Source: an uncultured Verrucomicrobiae bacterium
GTDB taxonomy: Bacteria > Verrucomicrobiota > Verrucomicrobiia > Chthoniobacterales > UBA10450
Assembly: GCA_963756875.1 (NCBI GenBank)
Contig: CAVWPA010000003.1
Coordinates: forward strand, 416,001-480,000
DNA: 64,000 bases
Direction of reading: 5' to 3'
Shown here: piece after piece, positions 60,680 through 64,000 of the stretch
How the letters are laid out: the number at the start of each line of letters is the position of its first letter
How positions within the stretch are numbered: the stretch's first letter is position 1
Translations under genes and position numbers: made by a program
The notes under the pieces: model-generated
Databases searched by the model: none
What the model saw: the letters and a program-made list of their open reading frames with translations, nothing else
Told to the model about the DNA's origin: nothing

Positions 60680-62473
60680 TCATTTTTGCTGGGAAGAATG
60701 TCGCCAAGCGTCGATGTGGAATTTGTAAAGGTTGGCGATATTCACGGAGCGCGGATCGCGCGCTCGCGCAAGATCGTACATCCATTCGGCCTCGGAAAAG
60801 CGGCCCATCGCATCATATAAATAGGCCGCGTCCAGAGGATAGGTACCATCGAGGGGGCAGAGACGGTGCGCCGCGTCAAATGCAGCAAGGGCCCCTTCAT
60901 ACCAATGGAAACGATTTCCGGACGAACGTTCCTTATCGCCGAGCGCCGCAAAAGCCCGGCCGAAGTAAAAATAGATATTCGGGTTCCGCTTTTCGTAGGC
61001 AAGGGCTTTGTTCGCCAACGCAACCGCTTCTGCCGGATGTTCGTTCTCCAAAGCGCTGCGCGCGCGGCCGGCGAAATATTCGCCCGGATAAAGACGGATG
61101 CATTGCCAAAGCAGAAACGCGGAGAGCAATACCAGCGCAACACGCAAGGCAGGAGATGTGGCCGGACCCGGGATTTGAGAATCGAAGCGCGTGCCGGGAT
61201 TGGCGAGGATGCCGAAGACGAATGCTATAAGGAGCGCATTGGCGGGGAGATGCATGTTAAAATCGACAAGCGAATGCACGGCGTAGGCGGCAATAACGCA
61301 AAATGCTCCGATGTTCAGAGCAAGCCGATTGCTGCGCGGAAAAGCGCCGGCGCCGAGACGCTTCGGTCCGATACGAAGGAATGTGTTCCATCCCCGGCGC
61401 ATGTGCAGGCCGAAAAACAGCAGGAAGGACAGCGCGCCAACAAGTCCGTAGTCGCAAAGGAGATTGAGATAATCGTTGTGAACGTAAACCGGGTCGGCCT
61501 GCAATCTCTCGGAGCGGAATTGTCGCCCGTAGAAGCGATAGGTGCCGCCTCCTGTACCAATGAGTGGTTGCAATTTCCATTGATCGAGGGCTGCGCGCCA
61601 CATATCGACGCGGCTGGTATCGACGGTGACGATGTTTGTCAGGCGTTCGCGCAACGCCGGGCTTTGGTAAATGAGATATCGCGCGCCGAAGATTGCGACC
61701 ACGACGATGATAAGCGCGATTGCGCCGTAGGTGCGCAGCAGAGATGGTTTACCCGCGCGCAAAACAAGCAAGCTGAGAATGGCGAAGACGACCAGGCTTG
61801 CCGTTGCGCTGAGATAACCGCCGCGACTGGCGGTCAGCGCGAGGCCGATGTAGCAGGTGAGCGCCAGATAGCCGACGACCACTCGCGCCCAGCCCGGCAA
61901 GCGGCTCCAGCACGCGACGCTCACGCCAAGGATCGCGAGTATTTCGAGCAAACCGGCAAGGTGATCCGGGTTGCCATAGAGCCCGCTGGCGCGGCTCGTT
62001 ACGGTTAGCCTTTGCAGGAACGGCGTGATGGCAAGGTTTTCGCCGAGACCGAATTGGGCCAGACCCACGAGAACATGCCAGACCGCGAAGATGAGCAAGC
62101 CGAGTATGAGCGCGATGCGACCGGTGGAACCCGTAAGAATAATTGAGACGAGCATGTAAATCACCGAGGCCGCTAGGACAAGGTAAAGGTCCGCACGCGC
62201 ATTGTACGGGGCGCGCGAAGTCACGCTGCGTACAACAATCCATAACCCGAAGAGAGCGGCGGATGTGAAACAAAGAAAATCGATGCGCGAGTCGAAACGC
62301 AGACTGGCGAAACCCAGGACGCCAGCGATGGCAATTAAACCGTATGCCGGGAGATCGACAAGGAGTCCCTCAGCGGCATTGGAGACCTGGAGGAATAAAA
62401 GCGCCGCGCCGACCAGAAGCAGGAGAAGGCTTTGCCAAAAACGGCCGGGCGACAGAGCCGTCACAGGTGGCAA
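60680..62473 (-). CDS. O-antigen ligase / O-oligosaccharyltransferase-like membrane protein with C-terminal TPR
   Basis: Multiple TM; RASGLYGNPDHLAG, TASRGG, RVDMW, GTGGGTY, VHNDYL..DYG, HSLVDFNMH. Confidence 0.9.
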   Translation of the reverse strand: MPPVTALSPGRFWQSLLLLLVGAALLFLQVSNAAEGLLVDLPAYGLIAIAGVLGFASLRFDSRIDFLCFTSAALFGLWIVVRSVTSRAPYNARADLYLVLAASVIYMLVSIILTGSTGRIALILGLLIFAVWHVLVGLAQFGLGENLAITPFLQRLTVTSRASGLYGNPDHLAGLLEILAILGVSVACWSRLPGWARVVVGYLALTCYIGLALTASRGGYLSATASLVVFAILSLLVLRAGKPSLLRTYGAIALIIVVVAIFGARYLIYQSPALRERLTNIVTVDTSRVDMWRAALDQWKLQPLIGTGGGTYRFYGRQFRSERLQADPVYVHNDYLNLLCDYGLVGALSFLLFFGLHMRRGWNTFLRIGPKRLGAGAFPRSNRLALNIGAFCVIAAYAVHSLVDFNMHLPANALLIAFVFGILANPGTRFDSQIPGPATSPALRVALVLLSAFLLWQCIRLYPGEYFAGRARSALENEHPAEAVALANKALAYEKRNPNIYFYFGRAFAALGDKERSSGNRFHWYEGALAAFDAAHRLCPLDGTYPLDAAYLYDAMGRFSEAEWMYDLARARDPRSVNIANLYKFHIDAWRHSSQQK

Positions 62474-62521
62474 CGAACCGGGCGGAATAGGATAATGCGC
62501 CGATCCTGAAAAAAACGGAAC

Positions 62522-62767
62522 CTACGGGTTGCTGGCAGAGCAGGGGCCGTCAGGGTCTCCATGATCCTTGTGGCGGCGATAATCCGCACTGTCACACGGG
62601 AACGTGAGCGTGACAGATCGCTTGTGACAGACAGTGCAATCTGCGGCCATCACCTTGCGCGGGGTGAGCACAAAACAGAGCATGACAGCAGCCGAAACAA
62701 AGAGCACTAGGACAAGGAGGATCCGCAGAACCGTCCAACGCTGGGGAAAAGCGGGGATTATTTTCAT
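62522..62767 (-). CDS. Small secreted Cys/His-rich protein
   Basis: Hydrophobic N-terminus; CTVCH...C...H..HGD..GPC. Confidence 0.65.
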   Translation of the reverse strand: MKIIPAFPQRWTVLRILLVLVLFVSAAVMLCFVLTPRKVMAADCTVCHKRSVTLTFPCDSADYRRHKDHGDPDGPCSASNP

Positions 62768-62985
62768 GGCAAGAACGTGTTCGGGGATTCTATTCAGGGA
62801 CTGCGTGCAAAGGCAAGCCTTATTTTTCGACTGTAGAGGGAGGGAAGTGAAGAAAGAGAGGCATCCGCACGGCAAAAAAGGGGGCATTTACCAGCAAGGG
62901 TTTCCTTGAAAATCGGGAACTCTTTTTTATCGACATATAAAAAGAAATCTGTCAGGCTGAAAACTAGTTTTAACGGCCCATCTCA

Positions 62986-63597
62986 ATGAAACAATCGCCG
63001 CTCGTAGCTGTTTTCTTCGGCATCGCAGTTTTGCTTTCCTCGGGTCTAACCTGTTCCGCCCAGGAAGTGATTATAAATGGCGGGTTCGAATCTTCTTCGC
63101 CTCCCGCAAACTTCGGTCCAGGCTGGAGCCATTCGGATCCGTCCGATTTTGATTGGATCGGAATTGAATCCGAATTCGCGCATTCCGGTTCGAATTACGC
63201 GAACCTGGGTACTACAGACCCCGATTTTGGAAGTTTGAGTCAAACCTTCGCGACGACCGTCGGGATGTCATACGATCTCTCTTTTTGGCTGGCTCACGAT
63301 GTCACCGATTCACCCTCAAATTCGTTCGAAGTGCTCTTCGGCGGAGTGCCTGTCGTGACCCTGGCGCCCGATGTCGGAGCTTTTGATTACACGCATTTTA
63401 CGATTTCCGGCCTGGTCGCCACGAGCACATCTACAACTCTGGAATTCCGCTACCAGGATAATGACGACTTTTTCCGGCTCGACGATGTTTCAGTGGTGCC
63501 CGAGCCCCCGGCTACGTGGCTGGCACTGGTTGGATTGTCCTTTTTCGGTCTGGCGGCATATCGACGGAGCAGTCGTCGCGGGTCAACCTTGGTTTAA
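62986..63597 (+). CDS. PEP-CTERM protein with DUF642/CBM-like domain
   Basis: IINGGFE, LSQTFATTVG.SYDLSFWL, LDDVSV; VPEPPATWLALVGLSFFGLAAYRR. Confidence 0.9.
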   Translation: MKQSPLVAVFFGIAVLLSSGLTCSAQEVIINGGFESSSPPANFGPGWSHSDPSDFDWIGIESEFAHSGSNYANLGTTDPDFGSLSQTFATTVGMSYDLSFWLAHDVTDSPSNSFEVLFGGVPVVTLAPDVGAFDYTHFTISGLVATSTSTTLEFRYQDNDDFFRLDDVSVVPEPPATWLALVGLSFFGLAAYRRSSRRGSTLV

Positions 63598-63607
63598 CCT
63601 TTAAAGG

Positions 63608-63970
63608 TTATGGCGGACCCGCGTTCCGCAAGTGGCGAGAGTCTTTGCCGACTCCGCTGGGATGCGCCCGCGATCGCTCTCCAAAATAGTCGAGCATACT
63701 GCAGCCGACGTTCATTCGATCGTAACTGCAATCGCACGCGCCTGTCTTTTCAAATTCCTCCGCCAGACGTTCGTTTGCGGCGGTGACCAACTCGGAGAGC
63801 GCTTCGATCAGGGCCACCGTAACCATGGGGTCCCCCTTCTCGAACGGCATCTCTTCCAGCCGTCCATGGTTTTCAACCAGCGGCGGCTTTCCTGCTAAAA
63901 AAAGATCCGAAATACCGTCGCCGCTGCGCAGCATTCTGGTGATCGACCGATCAAGCGCCGTTTTGTGCAT
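63608..63970 (-). pseudogene. Truncated PilT paralogue (N-terminal part only)
   Basis: DGISDLF.AGKPPLVE.HGRL..NERL..EF..TG.CDCSY matches the 55628 gene, then diverges and stops before the Walker A. Confidence 0.8.
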
Positions 63971-64000
63971 TCCGGTGGGTGCTCGATGAGCTAGGATCAT

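Overview
Bacterial DNA, most likely soil Verrucomicrobiota of the Chthoniobacterales / Ca. Udaeobacter type. This is inferred from the PEP-CTERM proteins, DUF5069, DUF4032-like protein and the short intergenic repeats. There are four zones. (1) 1-14.6 kb is a stress/dormancy-like cluster: three universal stress proteins, Hsp20, a PRTase, a cNMP-binding protein, a P1B-4 ATPase and a PocR-AraC regulator. Nine promoters here share an unannotated 37-bp bipartite direct-repeat motif. (2) 14.7-21.1 kb holds an RND efflux pair, a methyltransferase and a tRNA-Gln locus. The 3' end of this tRNA abuts a 347-bp element made of a small GIY-YIG nuclease gene between perfect 29-bp hairpin-forming inverted repeats. 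A duplicate of the tRNA 3' end lies on the far side, and a second, truncated copy lies about 1.2 kb away. (3) 21.2-42 kb is core genome: a His-less two-component pair, sufCBD, pyrR-pyrB-pyrC with a PyrR RNA element, mrp, mutM, tRNA-Thr, trxB and nifS/iscS, with many REP-like repeats. (4) 42-64 kb is a cell-surface locus: a three-gene pseudopilin cassette with an HpsA-like C-terminus, 5-6 PEP-CTERM(-like) proteins, two duplicated [promoter-PEP-CTERM / convergent TPR] modules, PilT-like genes and an O-antigen-ligase-like gene. Several single-base frameshifts suggest long-read consensus errors. No CRISPR array, rRNA, integrase or canonical transposase was seen. All calls come from reading motifs by eye; no database search was run.
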